Source: Candidatus Woesebacteria bacterium
GTDB lineage: Bacteria; Patescibacteriota; Microgenomatia; UBA8517
Direction: 5' to 3'
NCBI GenBank assembly: GCA_013426185.1
Contig: CP058602.1
Span: forward strand, 724,582-788,581
DNA length: 64,000 nucleotides
Shown: piece by piece, positions 27,150 through 37,601 of the stretch
Layout of the letters: every line of letters begins with the position of its first letter
Numbering within the stretch: position 1 is the first letter of the stretch
Program-made: the position numbers and the translations under genes
Notes under the pieces: model-generated
What the model saw: the letters and a program-made list of their open reading frames with translations, nothing else
Told to the model about the DNA's origin: nothing
Databases searched by the model: none

Positions 27150-28286
27150 ATGATTGAGAAATTATATTTAGACCAATTCAGAAATTTTAGGAAAAAAAGG
27201 ATTGATTTCTCTCCCTTAATTAATGTTATTGTTGGGCCTAATGCTTCGGGAAAAACTAATATTCTTGAATCTCTCTTTCTGCTTTCAACAGGCAAAAGCT
27301 TTAAAGCTCGTCTTGAAGAGGAGATGGTCAATTATTCCTCCGAAATGGCAAGGGTTATTGGAGTTTTGGGGGTAGAGGCCCACGATAAAAAACTTTTGGA
27401 AAGTGAGTCTTCAGGTGAAGAATCTGAAAAGACTAGGCTTGAAGTTATCTTGACTCGAGGCGAATTAAATATCGAGAGTTCTTTCCCTCAGAAAGTGCCA
27501 AGGAAGAAACTTTTGGTTAATCAAATCTCAAGGCGCCTTATTGATTTTGCCGGGATACTTAAAGTTGTTCTTTTTGCACCTCAGGATTTAGATCTTGTGA
27601 CGCAGTCGCCAAACTTAAGGCGCAGATTTTTGGACACTGTTTTGTCGCAGGTTGATAGGGAGTATAGAAGGTCAATTCTTTCTTATGAGAAAGGGTTAAG
27701 GCAAAGAAATAGGTTGCTTTTGAAGATTCGCGAAGAGGGGTTGTCACGAAGCCAGCTTTTGTTTTGGGACAAGCTTTTGATCAAAAATGGAGACTATATC
27801 AGTCGGGCGCGGGAAGAATTTATTAGTTTTGTAAATACCATTCAATTTGAAGAGCCTCTGTCTGATTTTGAGATAGAGTATGACAAAAGCGCAATAAGCG
27901 AGGCAAGGCTTGAACAATATGCTGAAGAGGAAGTAATGGCGGCGACTACCTTGGTGGGACCGCATAGAGACGACTTTATTTTTAAAAGCAAATCAAAAGG
28001 TGGACGCGATATTGCTCTTTTTGGTAGCCGAGGTGAACAGAGAATGGCGGTTTTATGGCTTAAGATTGCTGAATATTCTTTTATTGAAACAAAGACAAAA
28101 GATAAACCTGTTTTTTTGCTTGATGATATTTTTTCTGAGCTTGACCACAAGAACAGACTTATTGTTTTTGATTTTTTGAAAGGAGACAACAGCTTTTCGT
28201 TGGTTAAGGTTGGTCAGTCTATAATTACAACTGCGGACGAGCATTACCTGGAAGAACTAGAAAAAGTAGAAAAAATTAGACTCTAG
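27150..28286 (+). CDS. recF: DNA replication and repair protein RecF
   Basis: Walker A GPNASGKTN, C-terminal LLDDIFSELD Walker B/D-loop. Confidence 0.85.
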   Translation: MIEKLYLDQFRNFRKKRIDFSPLINVIVGPNASGKTNILESLFLLSTGKSFKARLEEEMVNYSSEMARVIGVLGVEAHDKKLLESESSGEESEKTRLEVILTRGELNIESSFPQKVPRKKLLVNQISRRLIDFAGILKVVLFAPQDLDLVTQSPNLRRRFLDTVLSQVDREYRRSILSYEKGLRQRNRLLLKIREEGLSRSQLLFWDKLLIKNGDYISRAREEFISFVNTIQFEEPLSDFEIEYDKSAISEARLEQYAEEEVMAATTLVGPHRDDFIFKSKSKGGRDIALFGSRGEQRMAVLWLKIAEYSFIETKTKDKPVFLLDDIFSELDHKNRLIVFDFLKGDNSFSLVKVGQSIITTADEHYLEELEKVEKIRL

Positions 28287-28305
28287 GTAATATAATATAC
28301 TTATT

Positions 28306-28593
28306 GTGACAGAAAGAAGAGGAGAAAGAACCAGCTTTGATCCTTCGAAAGAATACTACAGTCCGTACAGACCACCCGGTAAACCACCTGTTGGTTTTAA
28401 GTGGGAATGTACGTGGAGACATCCTGATAAGAGTTATCCTGAGAGGTGGAAGCTAGTTCCTGTAGTGGATTCTGAGCAATCTTCCCGTCCAAATAACCCC
28501 TATGGTGTAGATCCTGAAAAAATGGCGAAAGATTGGGGCAGAGCAACTTCTAGAAAAGGCAGACCCCCGATAGGTGGTGCTCAGGACGATTAA
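28306..28593 (+). CDS. hypothetical protein
   Basis: ORF only. Confidence 0.3.
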   Translation: MTERRGERTSFDPSKEYYSPYRPPGKPPVGFKWECTWRHPDKSYPERWKLVPVVDSEQSSRPNNPYGVDPEKMAKDWGRATSRKGRPPIGGAQDD

Positions 28594-28904
28594 TTTTTTG
28601 TCTCTTTTTCTGCTAACTTACTCAGATTGTAGGTTACAATAACAGCCAGAAAAGTTATTGTTATTGCGTAAATTATTAAAGATATTAGTCCTGATTCTTT
28701 ACCAAAGAGCGGCCTGATGTAATTATTTACAGTTTCTTTGATTACCTCGTTCCAGGCGAGGGCGGCAACAAGACCAAAACCTGAAGTTGCTAAATCCAGA
28801 GTCTTTTTAACAAATTGCCTTCTGACAGCATATGCTTCTTGGATAGCTTTTTTAATTGCTTCCTGTTTTTTAACCTCTTTTTCGTATATTTTGTCTTTTG
28901 CCAT
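28590..28904 (-). CDS. hypothetical small membrane protein
   Basis: ORF with two hydrophobic segments. Confidence 0.35.
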   Translation of the reverse strand: MAKDKIYEKEVKKQEAIKKAIQEAYAVRRQFVKKTLDLATSGFGLVAALAWNEVIKETVNNYIRPLFGKESGLISLIIYAITITFLAVIVTYNLSKLAEKETKN

Positions 28905-28963
28905 AGTTTTATTTTAGCAAAATTATTACCGCATTTCTTGCAGAAAAAATGTTATAATCAAAC

Positions 28964-30029
28964 TATGTACCAGCCTAAATACACAATTACCAATAAGATT
29001 CTTACTAACATTGGCAAGATTGAAGCGGCAAAAGAGGTAATTGAGAATGCTCCTTTAGTTCCTTCTTTTGAGAAGCAGTTTCAGTCAGATGCTTTTGTAA
29101 GAACTGTTCACCATGGCACCCATATTGAAGGCAATGATCTTTCACTTCTTCAGACAAGAAAGGTTTTGGAGGGGGAGGCAATAGTTGCCAAACACAGAGA
29201 TATTCAAGAGGTAATAAATTACAGAAATGTGGTTGAACTTTTGGAGGAACTTGCTTTCAAAAAGGGTGGGTATGAAATTGAGATGATAACTGAAATTCAT
29301 CGTCTGACTACTGACAAATTGGTGAGTGATGAGGAAAAAGGAGTTTTCCGCAAAGTGCAGGTGGTTGTTAAAAATGAAGAGACGGGAGAAGCAATTCTTA
29401 AGCCCCCTGCTTTTGTAGAGGTGCCGCACTTAATTGGGAAGTTGATGGAGTTTTTGAATAGTGATCTTGCTAAAGAGATTCATCCTGTTCTTTTGGCTGG
29501 CATTACTCATTATTTTTTGGTTGCTGTTCACCCTTTTGTTGAGGGAAATGGGAGGACTGCCCGCGCCTTTTCTACCCTGGTTTTAATTAAAAGCGGCTAT
29601 GATATTAAGCGTTTCTTTTCTCTTGAAGAACATTTTGACAGTGATCCTCTAGCATATTACCAAGCCCTAGCTGAAGTTGATAAACAAGCAGTTGATGTAA
29701 GAGAGCGAGATCTAACATCTTGGCTTGAATATTTTACAGGAGTTGTTGCAATTGAGCTTGAGAAAGTAAAAGAAAAGGTTCGTCGTATTTCGCTTGATAC
29801 AAGGTTTAAGCTCAAAGTAGGAACACAAGTAGCTTTGACGGAGCGCCAGATGAGGTTGATTGAGTATATTTCGGATCGTGGAGGTGCTGGAATGAAGGAA
29901 TTAAGGAATGTTTTGAAGATGGTTTCAGAGGATACAATCTTGAGAGACTTAAGAGTTTTGCTTGAGAAGGGTATAATCAAAAAGGAAGGATCGACTAAAG
30001 CATCAAGATATGTAATTGCTGGAAAATAA
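28964..30029 (+). CDS. Fic family protein (AMPylator-type fold)
   Basis: Fic motif HPFVEGNGRTARA; start chosen at MYQPKY (28964), not the upstream-extended ORF. Confidence 0.8.
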
Positions 30030-30033
30030 TTAA

Positions 30034-30234
30034 ATGTCAGCACAGGATCCACAGTTTTTATATATGATTTTGGTTTTACCAACTCTTTTTGGCTTGACTT
30101 TGGTGGGTGAGGGAATAAACAAGGTTATGAATAGTGAGAGGGGTAGTTATTTAAGCCTTATCTTTGGGATTTTATTTATAGGGGTTGTGATTTTTGCTTA
30201 CTTTTTCTTCTCTTCAATGCTCTCAAAAACTTGA
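30034..30234 (+). CDS. small two-TM membrane protein
   Basis: ORF, hydrophobic. Confidence 0.3.
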   Translation: MSAQDPQFLYMILVLPTLFGLTLVGEGINKVMNSERGSYLSLIFGILFIGVVIFAYFFFSSMLSKT

Positions 30235-30504
30235 TAAATAGGCGAAGTTGGTCGGAAGGTTGTATTTATATCTTGTATTATGCAGGGAATACAAGTAGAA
30301 AGCAGAACGTAGTAAGTAGAAAGCAAAATTAATAAATAGTTAAAAGTTGTGTATTATCCTTTCTACTTTATACTTACTACTTTCTACTAATTTTAAGTTT
30401 TGACTTTTAAGTTTTAAGTTAGGTTGTACTTTGGATTTTGGGATTTGGAATTTTATTCTATAATCTATTTTCCCCTTATCTCTTTTCCCCAGATTTAGTA
30501 TAAT
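30235..30504. repeat. mosaic modular intergenic repeat region containing an inverted pair of the GTAGAAAG module
   Basis: caagtagaaagcagaacgtagtaagtagaaagc ... cctttctactttatacttactactttctac (reverse complement), tttggattttgggatttggaattttattctataatc. Confidence 0.8.
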
Positions 30505-32223
30505 TTGTTGATGAGATTTTCTGAGTTTTCTTTATATCTTGAAAAACTTGAGAAGACTTCTTCAAGGATAGAGATAACAAAAATACTGGCCGATTTAATT
30601 AAGAAGGCCGAATCTTCTGAGATTGATAAGATTTGCTATCTTGTCTTAGGCTCCTTGCGTCCAAAATACGAAGGCTTGGTTTTTAATCTAGCAGAGAAGA
30701 TGGTGATAGAAGCAATTGCCATTGCCTATGATACTCAAAAAGAGGATGTCGTATCTTTATTTAAGGAAAAAGGAGATTTGGGAGATGTAGCTTTATTTCT
30801 TTCAGGGAAGAAAGGAATAAAAGGCGATTTATCTGTTGAAAAAGCTTATAATCTTTTAGTTGAAATTGCTCGTGACGAAGGGGAAGGAAGCCAAGAAAGA
30901 AAAATCAATAAATTATCTGAAATTCTGTTATCTTTGGGGGGCGATTCTGCTAAGTTTGTTATCAGAATAGTTTTGGGAAAATTAAGGCTTGGTTTTTCTG
31001 ATAAAACTATTCTTGACGCTTTGTCTTGGTTTGAGGCAAATGACAAATCTTTAAAGCCACTTCTTGAGAAAGCTTATTCTGTTTTACCCGATGTTGGACT
31101 TCTTTCACTTCAGGTTAAAAAACTTGGTGTTAAAGGAGCTTCAGAATCTATTTCTCCTCAAGTTGGAGTTCCTGTTTTACCAATGCTTGCTCAAAGGCTT
31201 AAAGATCCTCGTGAGATGATTCAAAAAATGAAAAAAGTTGGGGTTGAGCCTAAAATTGATGGTTTACGGATTCAAATTCATCTTCTAAAAGGTAAGAATG
31301 GTTTTGTCAAAGCCTATACTCGCAATTTGAATGAGGTTTCCTGGATGTTTCCCGAGCTTAATAAAATTGGGGATTCTATCAAATCTCAAGCAGTTATTTT
31401 AGATAGTGAGGCAGTTGGGGTAGATGAAAAAAGGAAAAAACTGGCAGACTTTCAGACTACAATGACAAGAAGAAGAAAGCATGAGATAGAAACCTACAGT
31501 TCATCTGTCCCTATTAAGTTTTTTGTTTTTGATATCTTGCTTGATGGTAATGAAAACTTGATGAATCTTGCTTTTGACAGAAGAAAAGAAAGACTCAAGA
31601 AAGTGGTTTTTGATAGCGAAGTAGTAAAAGTTGTTGATTATCAGGAAACCGACAGCGCTGATGAGATAGCAAGGTTGTTTAAAGAGAATATCAAGAAAGG
31701 TTTTGAGGGGATAATGCTTAAAAAAATAGACAGTCATTATGTTCCAGGTAGAACCGGTTGGCGATGGGTGAAAATGAAAGAAGGGGAGGAAAGCGAGGGT
31801 AAGTTGGCAGATACTGTAGATGGGGTGATTATGGGTTATTATCTTGGCAAGGGCAAAAGGACCAAGTTTGGTGTTGGTGGCTTTTTGGTGGGGATTGTTG
31901 ACAAGGACAAAATCAAGTCTTTAACAAAATTAGGGACAGGTTTAACTGACGATGAGTTTTATTTGCTCAAAGAAAAATTGAAAGGCCTTGAAGTTAAAGA
32001 GAAGCCGAAAGAATATGAAGAAGTTGATAAAACTTTGGTTCCTGATTTCTGGGTTAGACCTTCCTTGGTGGTTGAAATTGCAGCTGATGAGGTAACCAAA
32101 AGTCCGATTCATTCTTCAGGCTACGCATTGAGATTTCCTCGTTTGGTAAGACTAAGAGAAGATAAAGACGCTTTTTCTGCAACAAGTCTTTCTGAGATTA
32201 GAAATCTTTTATCTTTGAGGTGA
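30505..32223 (+). CDS. ATP-dependent DNA ligase
   Basis: adenylation motif EPKIDGLRIQIH (KxDG), OB-fold C-terminus. Confidence 0.85.
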   Translation: MLMRFSEFSLYLEKLEKTSSRIEITKILADLIKKAESSEIDKICYLVLGSLRPKYEGLVFNLAEKMVIEAIAIAYDTQKEDVVSLFKEKGDLGDVALFLSGKKGIKGDLSVEKAYNLLVEIARDEGEGSQERKINKLSEILLSLGGDSAKFVIRIVLGKLRLGFSDKTILDALSWFEANDKSLKPLLEKAYSVLPDVGLLSLQVKKLGVKGASESISPQVGVPVLPMLAQRLKDPREMIQKMKKVGVEPKIDGLRIQIHLLKGKNGFVKAYTRNLNEVSWMFPELNKIGDSIKSQAVILDSEAVGVDEKRKKLADFQTTMTRRRKHEIETYSSSVPIKFFVFDILLDGNENLMNLAFDRRKERLKKVVFDSEVVKVVDYQETDSADEIARLFKENIKKGFEGIMLKKIDSHYVPGRTGWRWVKMKEGEESEGKLADTVDGVIMGYYLGKGKRTKFGVGGFLVGIVDKDKIKSLTKLGTGLTDDEFYLLKEKLKGLEVKEKPKEYEEVDKTLVPDFWVRPSLVVEIAADEVTKSPIHSSGYALRFPRLVRLREDKDAFSATSLSEIRNLLSLR

Positions 32224-32244
32224 TCTATTCATGCGTCTTTTTAC

Positions 32245-34671
32245 ATGTTTAACAAAGAAAAGCTGAAAGGCCTAAGTAGTAGCGAAGCTGAAAGGCTTTT
32301 GATTGAGAATGGTCCCAATGTTTTGCCTGAGAGAAAACCGCCTTCTGATTTATCCATCTTTATCTCGCAAATTAAAAGTCCGCTTGTTTACGTCTTAATT
32401 TTTGCCGGTTTGATGACTTATTTTACTGGTCATACCTCAGACACCTTGATTATTTTGGCTGCTATCCTAATAAATTCTTTGCTTGGCTTCTTTCAGGAAA
32501 GAAAAGCTAGTAAAACCATACATGCCTTGAAAAAAATGGTTGCTTATAAATCAGAGGTTGTAAGGGATGGCAGGAGAATTACTATTGATTCTTCCCAAAT
32601 TGTGATTGGTGATATTGTTTATCTTTTTGCCGGGGTTCGGGTTCCTGCTGATGGTGAATTAGTCGAAACCCAAAAGTTGTTTGTAGACGAGTCTTTGGTG
32701 ACAGGGGAAAGTTATCCTGTTGGTAAGAAAGTTGGTAACAAGGTGTTTATGGGGACTAATGTTTATTCAGGAAATGGAATTATGAAAGTAACTGCTACGG
32801 GAGCCTTAAGTCAGATGGGGGATATAGCCTCCAGTTCTCAACAGATTTTTGAAGAGACTCCTTTAAGGCAGCAACTAGTTGCCTTTTCTAAAAAACTGGT
32901 ACTTCTGATTACTCTTTTGGTCGGGATAGTTTTTTTGGTAAGTATTTTGAGGGGTTTTGATTTCCTTGAAGCCTTTATGGTTTCTATAGCCTTGGCTGTT
33001 TCAGCTGTCCCTGAAGGGTTGCTTATTTGTCTGACTGTGATTTTAGCTATTGGTATGTGGAGAATGGCAAAAAGGAAGGGGTTGGTTCGAAGACTTGTTT
33101 CAGCCGAGACTTTGGGGGGAGTAACAGTTGTTTGTCTTGATAAAACAGGAACTTTGACAGAGGGCCAATTGGAAGTCGTTGATTTTCTTGGTAATAAAAG
33201 AGAGATTGCTTACCAGATGATTGTAGCAAACGATTTAGATGACCCCATGTTGGTTTCAGCCTACAATTGGGCTTCTCGTGAACTGGAAGGTGTTAAAAAT
33301 TTAGCAAAAAGGGTTGATACCCTGCCGTTTTCAACAGATTCAAGATTTTTTGCATGTTTAGTGGAGGATAAGAACAAAAGAAGGACTATCTATGTTAATG
33401 GGGCTCCTGAAATCTTGATTGAGGGGACTAGCCTTGAAAAGAATGAAAAGGAGAAAGTCAAAAAGAAGATTTCAGATTTAATTTTGAAAGGTGGTTTTAG
33501 AGCCTTGGGTCTAGCTAAAAAGAAGGTTTCTGGTTCTAAGGTTACTATCAAAAACAATGATGTTAGATCAAACCTAGAATGGGTTGGAACCCTTTTCTTT
33601 TCTGATCCTGTACGTTTGGGTGTAGCCGAATCTTTAGCCAAAATGGAAAAAGCGAATGTTAAATTGTTATTTATTACTGGCGATTATCCCCAAACGGCTA
33701 TTTCTGTTCTTAATTCTTTGGGTATTAATTTAAGGGAAGATGAAATTATAATTGGTGATGATTTGGTGAAGATGTCTGATAATGTCTTGAAATCAAGAAT
33801 AAAGAGTATAAAACTTTTTGCAAGAACAACACCTTCTTTAAAACTTAGAATAGTTAATGCCCTGAAAGCAAACGGAGAGGTTGTAGCAATGATTGGTGAT
33901 GGTGTTAATGATGCCCCTGCTTTGAATAGAGCCGATATAGGTGTTGTTGTTGGTTCTGCTACAGATGTTGCCAAAGAAATCGCGGATTTGATTCTTCTTG
34001 ATTCAAAATTTGAAACGATTGTTGCGGCAATTGAGGAGGGGAGGAATATTTTTAATAACTTAAGGAGGGTAATAGTATATCTTATGAGTACTGCTTTTAA
34101 CGAAATAATTGCTGTTTTTGGTGCTTTCTTTTTAAATTTTCCTTTGCCTGTAACTGCTGCCCAGATACTGTGGATTAACCTTGTTTCTGATGGTTTTCCC
34201 AATTTATCTCTGACGGTTGAGCCGAAAGGTAAAGATTTAATGAAAGCACACCCCAAAGAGTTTTCGGGAGACTTATTTGCAAACTGGATGAAAGTTTTGG
34301 TTCTATTGGTTGGTTTTGTGTCGGGGGTAATAGCCCTCTTTCTTTTTGGCATGGCTTTAAATAGCGGTATGGATTTGACTACAGCCCGTTCGATTGCCTT
34401 TGTTAGCTTGGGTAGCAATTCTTTGATTTATGTCTTTTCTGTGAGAAAGCTTAAGGACAAGTTTCGATTTAACGATTTTTTATCTAACAAATGGCTTGTA
34501 ATTGCTGTTTTTGTTGGTTTTTTTCTTCAGGTTTTACCTTTCTTATCACCTTCTCTAAGGGATTTCTTTAAAGTTTCCTTCTTTCCCGTTTTTTACTGGT
34601 TTTTCATTTTGGCAGGCTCTCTTTTTATGTTTTTGATGATTGAATTTTTTAAAATTTTTTTGCGCCGCTAG
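32245..34671 (+). CDS. P-type (P2, Ca2+/Mg2+-type) cation-transporting ATPase
   Basis: DKTGTLT phosphorylation motif, GDGVNDAPAL, 8-10 TM segments. Confidence 0.85.
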   Translation: MFNKEKLKGLSSSEAERLLIENGPNVLPERKPPSDLSIFISQIKSPLVYVLIFAGLMTYFTGHTSDTLIILAAILINSLLGFFQERKASKTIHALKKMVAYKSEVVRDGRRITIDSSQIVIGDIVYLFAGVRVPADGELVETQKLFVDESLVTGESYPVGKKVGNKVFMGTNVYSGNGIMKVTATGALSQMGDIASSSQQIFEETPLRQQLVAFSKKLVLLITLLVGIVFLVSILRGFDFLEAFMVSIALAVSAVPEGLLICLTVILAIGMWRMAKRKGLVRRLVSAETLGGVTVVCLDKTGTLTEGQLEVVDFLGNKREIAYQMIVANDLDDPMLVSAYNWASRELEGVKNLAKRVDTLPFSTDSRFFACLVEDKNKRRTIYVNGAPEILIEGTSLEKNEKEKVKKKISDLILKGGFRALGLAKKKVSGSKVTIKNNDVRSNLEWVGTLFFSDPVRLGVAESLAKMEKANVKLLFITGDYPQTAISVLNSLGINLREDEIIIGDDLVKMSDNVLKSRIKSIKLFARTTPSLKLRIVNALKANGEVVAMIGDGVNDAPALNRADIGVVVGSATDVAKEIADLILLDSKFETIVAAIEEGRNIFNNLRRVIVYLMSTAFNEIIAVFGAFFLNFPLPVTAAQILWINLVSDGFPNLSLTVEPKGKDLMKAHPKEFSGDLFANWMKVLVLLVGFVSGVIALFLFGMALNSGMDLTTARSIAFVSLGSNSLIYVFSVRKLKDKFRFNDFLSNKWLVIAVFVGFFLQVLPFLSPSLRDFFKVSFFPVFYWFFILAGSLFMFLMIEFFKIFLRR

Positions 34672-34707
34672 GTTTTTATTTTCCTTTTTTTGTTATATTA
34701 TTAATTT

Positions 34708-35682
34708 ATGCTTTTAGTCTTTTGGTTTTTAATTCTTGTAGTTTTTTCTATTCTTCTTATTAGGGCTGCTGATTTTGCGGTCTATTCTTTAAAGAAAATT
34801 AGCCTGAAGTTGAAGGTTAGTGTTTTTGTAGCTTCAGCAATTATAGTGGCTTTGGGAACAGGCCTCCCTGAAATAGTAGTTGCTATTACATCTGCACTTG
34901 AGGGAAGGCCTTCTCTTTCCTTGGGTAATGTCTTGGGTGCTAATATTGTCAATATTTCATTAGTTGTGGGTCTTTCAGCTTTTATTTTAGGAGGTGTTAA
35001 CTTAAGAGTCCTTAATTTTAAACGGGAAGTTAGGTTTGTTTGGATTGCTGCTTTATTGCTGTTGCTTTTGATGTCTGATGGCGTGGTCTCAAGGGTTGAT
35101 GGTTTAATTTTGATTTTTACTTATGCGGTTTACATAACCTTGTTTTTGAGTCAGGGGGAAAGCAAAGAAGAACATATTTCTTTTGGTAGACATTTTTTCA
35201 AACCCCATTTTGAAGTTGTTAATCATATGGATTTTAAGTTGGCTGAGGAATTGGTAAAGCTTTTTGTTTCGTTTGGTGTTCTGCTCTTCTCAGCCGAGAT
35301 GATTGTCAAATCGGCTGTTAATTTAACATCATTTCTTAATTTTTCTGTTTTTGATGTCGGACTTATCTTTATTGCTGTCGGCATGACTTTGCCTGAACTT
35401 GCTTTTTCCATACGGTCTATTAAAGATCATCAACCATCTATGTTTCTTGGAACCATCTTTGGATCTCTTGTTGCAAATTGGACTTTAATAGTTGGAATTG
35501 CTGCTTCAATTTTTCCTATTTTTGTTGAGTCTTTCTTTAGTTATTTTAGCCCTTTGTTGTATTTTGCAATTATTTTCATTGTTTTTCGTTATTTTCTTAA
35601 GAGCAAGAATCGTATTGAGCGTTGGGAAGCGGCAGTTTTACTTTCTTTCTATATTATCTTCTTAATTATTGAATTTGCTTAG
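34708..35682 (+). CDS. CaCA family sodium/calcium exchanger (YrbG-like)
   Basis: two alpha-repeat motifs GTGLPE and GMTLPE. Confidence 0.7.
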   Translation: MLLVFWFLILVVFSILLIRAADFAVYSLKKISLKLKVSVFVASAIIVALGTGLPEIVVAITSALEGRPSLSLGNVLGANIVNISLVVGLSAFILGGVNLRVLNFKREVRFVWIAALLLLLLMSDGVVSRVDGLILIFTYAVYITLFLSQGESKEEHISFGRHFFKPHFEVVNHMDFKLAEELVKLFVSFGVLLFSAEMIVKSAVNLTSFLNFSVFDVGLIFIAVGMTLPELAFSIRSIKDHQPSMFLGTIFGSLVANWTLIVGIAASIFPIFVESFFSYFSPLLYFAIIFIVFRYFLKSKNRIERWEAAVLLSFYIIFLIIEFA

Positions 35683-35732
35683 GAATTTGTGTTGACTAAA
35701 CTTTCTTTTTCTGGGAAGATTAGAGAAAGGGG

Positions 35733-36104
35733 GTGAGTATTTTGGCAGAAGCAAAAGAAAAAACAGGCACGGGGCTTAAAAAAGAAACTTCAGCAGCTCT
35801 TTCTTATGTTTTGGGTTTTATAACGGGAATTATCTTTTTGATTATTGAGAAAGATCCTTTCGTCCGCTTTCATGCAATGCAGTCGATTGTTGTTTCTTTG
35901 GCCTTTTTTGTCCTTTCTTGGATTTTAGGAATAATCAGCGTGCTTTTAGGGTTGACTGTATTCTTGGCTTGGGTAGGGCCGCTTTTGAGCGGAGTTTTGA
36001 TGATTGGCGGCTTTGTTCTCTGGCTACTTTTGATTTACAAAGCTTATCAAGGGGAAAAATGGCAAGTGCCTTATATTGGCAAATTTGTTGAGAGAATGGT
36101 CTAG
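35733..36104 (+). CDS. small membrane protein (DUF4870-like)
   Basis: ORF, 3 TM; weak family guess. Confidence 0.35.
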   Translation: MSILAEAKEKTGTGLKKETSAALSYVLGFITGIIFLIIEKDPFVRFHAMQSIVVSLAFFVLSWILGIISVLLGLTVFLAWVGPLLSGVLMIGGFVLWLLLIYKAYQGEKWQVPYIGKFVERMV

Positions 36105-36742
36105 TGATGAAAGAGGCCAAGCGGATGGTTGAAGAAATAAGGAGTTATTATGGTCTTGACTCTCCTTTAGTCTTTAAAGCGATGCTTAAAGTTCCCCGTG
36201 AGGAATTTGTTTTGCCTTCTTATCGCCATCTTGCCTACAGTGACTCAGCCTTGCCTATTGGGCATGGACAAACAATCTCGCAACCTTATACCGTAGCTTT
36301 TATGACTCATCTTGCCTTGGGTGGAAGATCTAAATCTCGCAATAAGGTTCTTGAAGTGGGAACAGGTAGCGGTTATCAAGCGGCGATTCTTTCCAAGCTT
36401 TTCAAAGAAGTTTATTCAATTGAAATTATAGGCGCTTTGGCAAAAGAGGCAAAAAAAAGAATAAAGAAACTTGGCTATAAAAATATTTTTATTAAAAAAG
36501 GCAATGGTAAATTTGGTTGGGAAGAGGCTGCTCCTTTTGATGCAATTTTGATAACAGCAGGCCTTGAAAATAAGATCCCCCAGCCTTTAAAAGATCAATT
36601 AAAAGTAGGGGGAAGGTTAGTCGTTCCTCTTGGAAAAGGAGAGGGTAAGAAGATGGTGAGACTCACTAAACTTAGGTCAGGTGAGTTTAGAAAAGAAAAG
36701 TTTGGTATTTTCTACTTTGTCCCCTTTATAAGAGAGGATTAG
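36104..36742 (+). CDS. pcm: protein-L-isoaspartate O-methyltransferase
   Basis: SAM motif VLEVGTGSGYQAAIL and Pcm-type flanks. Confidence 0.8.
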   Translation: MMKEAKRMVEEIRSYYGLDSPLVFKAMLKVPREEFVLPSYRHLAYSDSALPIGHGQTISQPYTVAFMTHLALGGRSKSRNKVLEVGTGSGYQAAILSKLFKEVYSIEIIGALAKEAKKRIKKLGYKNIFIKKGNGKFGWEEAAPFDAILITAGLENKIPQPLKDQLKVGGRLVVPLGKGEGKKMVRLTKLRSGEFRKEKFGIFYFVPFIRED

Positions 36743-36774
36743 AAGTTAAAGTTAGCTTGCGGTAAAATAGAGCT

Positions 36775-37281
36775 ATGAAGCTTATTGTTGGCTTAGGAAA
36801 TCCTGAGGAGAAATATAAAAACAACCGCCATAATGCTGGTTTTATTTTAGTTGATCATATTGCTTCTTTTTTAGGAGGGTCTTTTGAAAAAAACAAGCAG
36901 GTTGAAAGCTTGGTTCTAAAGTCAGGTGAGATTATTCTTGCCAAGCCTTTGACTTTTATGAATGATTCAGGAAGAGCAGTATTAAAGCTTGTAAATTTTT
37001 ACCGGGTGCATCTTGATTCTCTTTTTGTGGCCTATGATGATTTAGATATTAAGCTTGGAGAATATAAAGTTATCTTCGGCAAACCTCCAAAGACTCATAA
37101 TGGCATCTTATCTGTTATTAATAGGCTCAAAACTGGTGATTTTTGGCATATTAGGATTGGAGTTGAAAACAGAAGTGTTGAAAGAACTAGCGGTGAGAAG
37201 TATGTTTTGCAGGATTTCTCGGGTGATGAGAAGTTGGTTTTTGAGAATGTTGTGAAAGATATATCAAAAGATTTGGTTTAA
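36775..37281 (+). CDS. pth: peptidyl-tRNA hydrolase
   Basis: MKLIVGLGNPEEKYKNNRHNAGF N-terminus. Confidence 0.85.
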   Translation: MKLIVGLGNPEEKYKNNRHNAGFILVDHIASFLGGSFEKNKQVESLVLKSGEIILAKPLTFMNDSGRAVLKLVNFYRVHLDSLFVAYDDLDIKLGEYKVIFGKPPKTHNGILSVINRLKTGDFWHIRIGVENRSVERTSGEKYVLQDFSGDEKLVFENVVKDISKDLV

Positions 37282-37283
37282 TT

Positions 37284-37601
37284 ATGGTAAGACGAAATAA
37301 TGCTCCTCTTCAAAAGAGTTTCTTGAAAATTGGAGATATTCTTAAGGATTTCAAGCCTGATGAAGATAAATATATTTCTTATGAGTTTCAGAAATATGGT
37401 TATGATTTAGCAAGTGAGCTTGGGGATTTGAAAAATAAGTCTTTATACATCAAGCTTGCAAAAGAAGTGCCAAGAGGCTTGCTTGAGGAGGCGCGCAATT
37501 TTGTCAAAGATGCTTATAATGTCAAATCCAAGCCCAAGTTGTTTATGTGGAAGCTGAGCGAGCTTAAAAAGCGAGCGAAGCTTACACACAAGAGGAGTTG
37601 A
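37284..37601 (+). CDS. hypothetical protein whose 3' end runs into the first unit of a tandem repeat
   Basis: ORF only; C-terminus MWKLSELKKRAKLTHKRS is re-encoded by later repeat units. Confidence 0.3.
   Translation: MVRRNNAPLQKSFLKIGDILKDFKPDEDKYISYEFQKYGYDLASELGDLKNKSLYIKLAKEVPRGLLEEARNFVKDAYNVKSKPKLFMWKLSELKKRAKLTHKRS

Noticed and set aside
33684-34418. 244-aa minus-strand ORF and other antisense ORFs inside large genes (14023..14388, 14431..14796, 24559..25035, 19802..20221, 41169..41468)
   Set aside because: Each is fully embedded antisense in a well-supported CDS (P-type ATPase, FtsH, Res, PHP-ATPase, DsbA-like), with no motifs.
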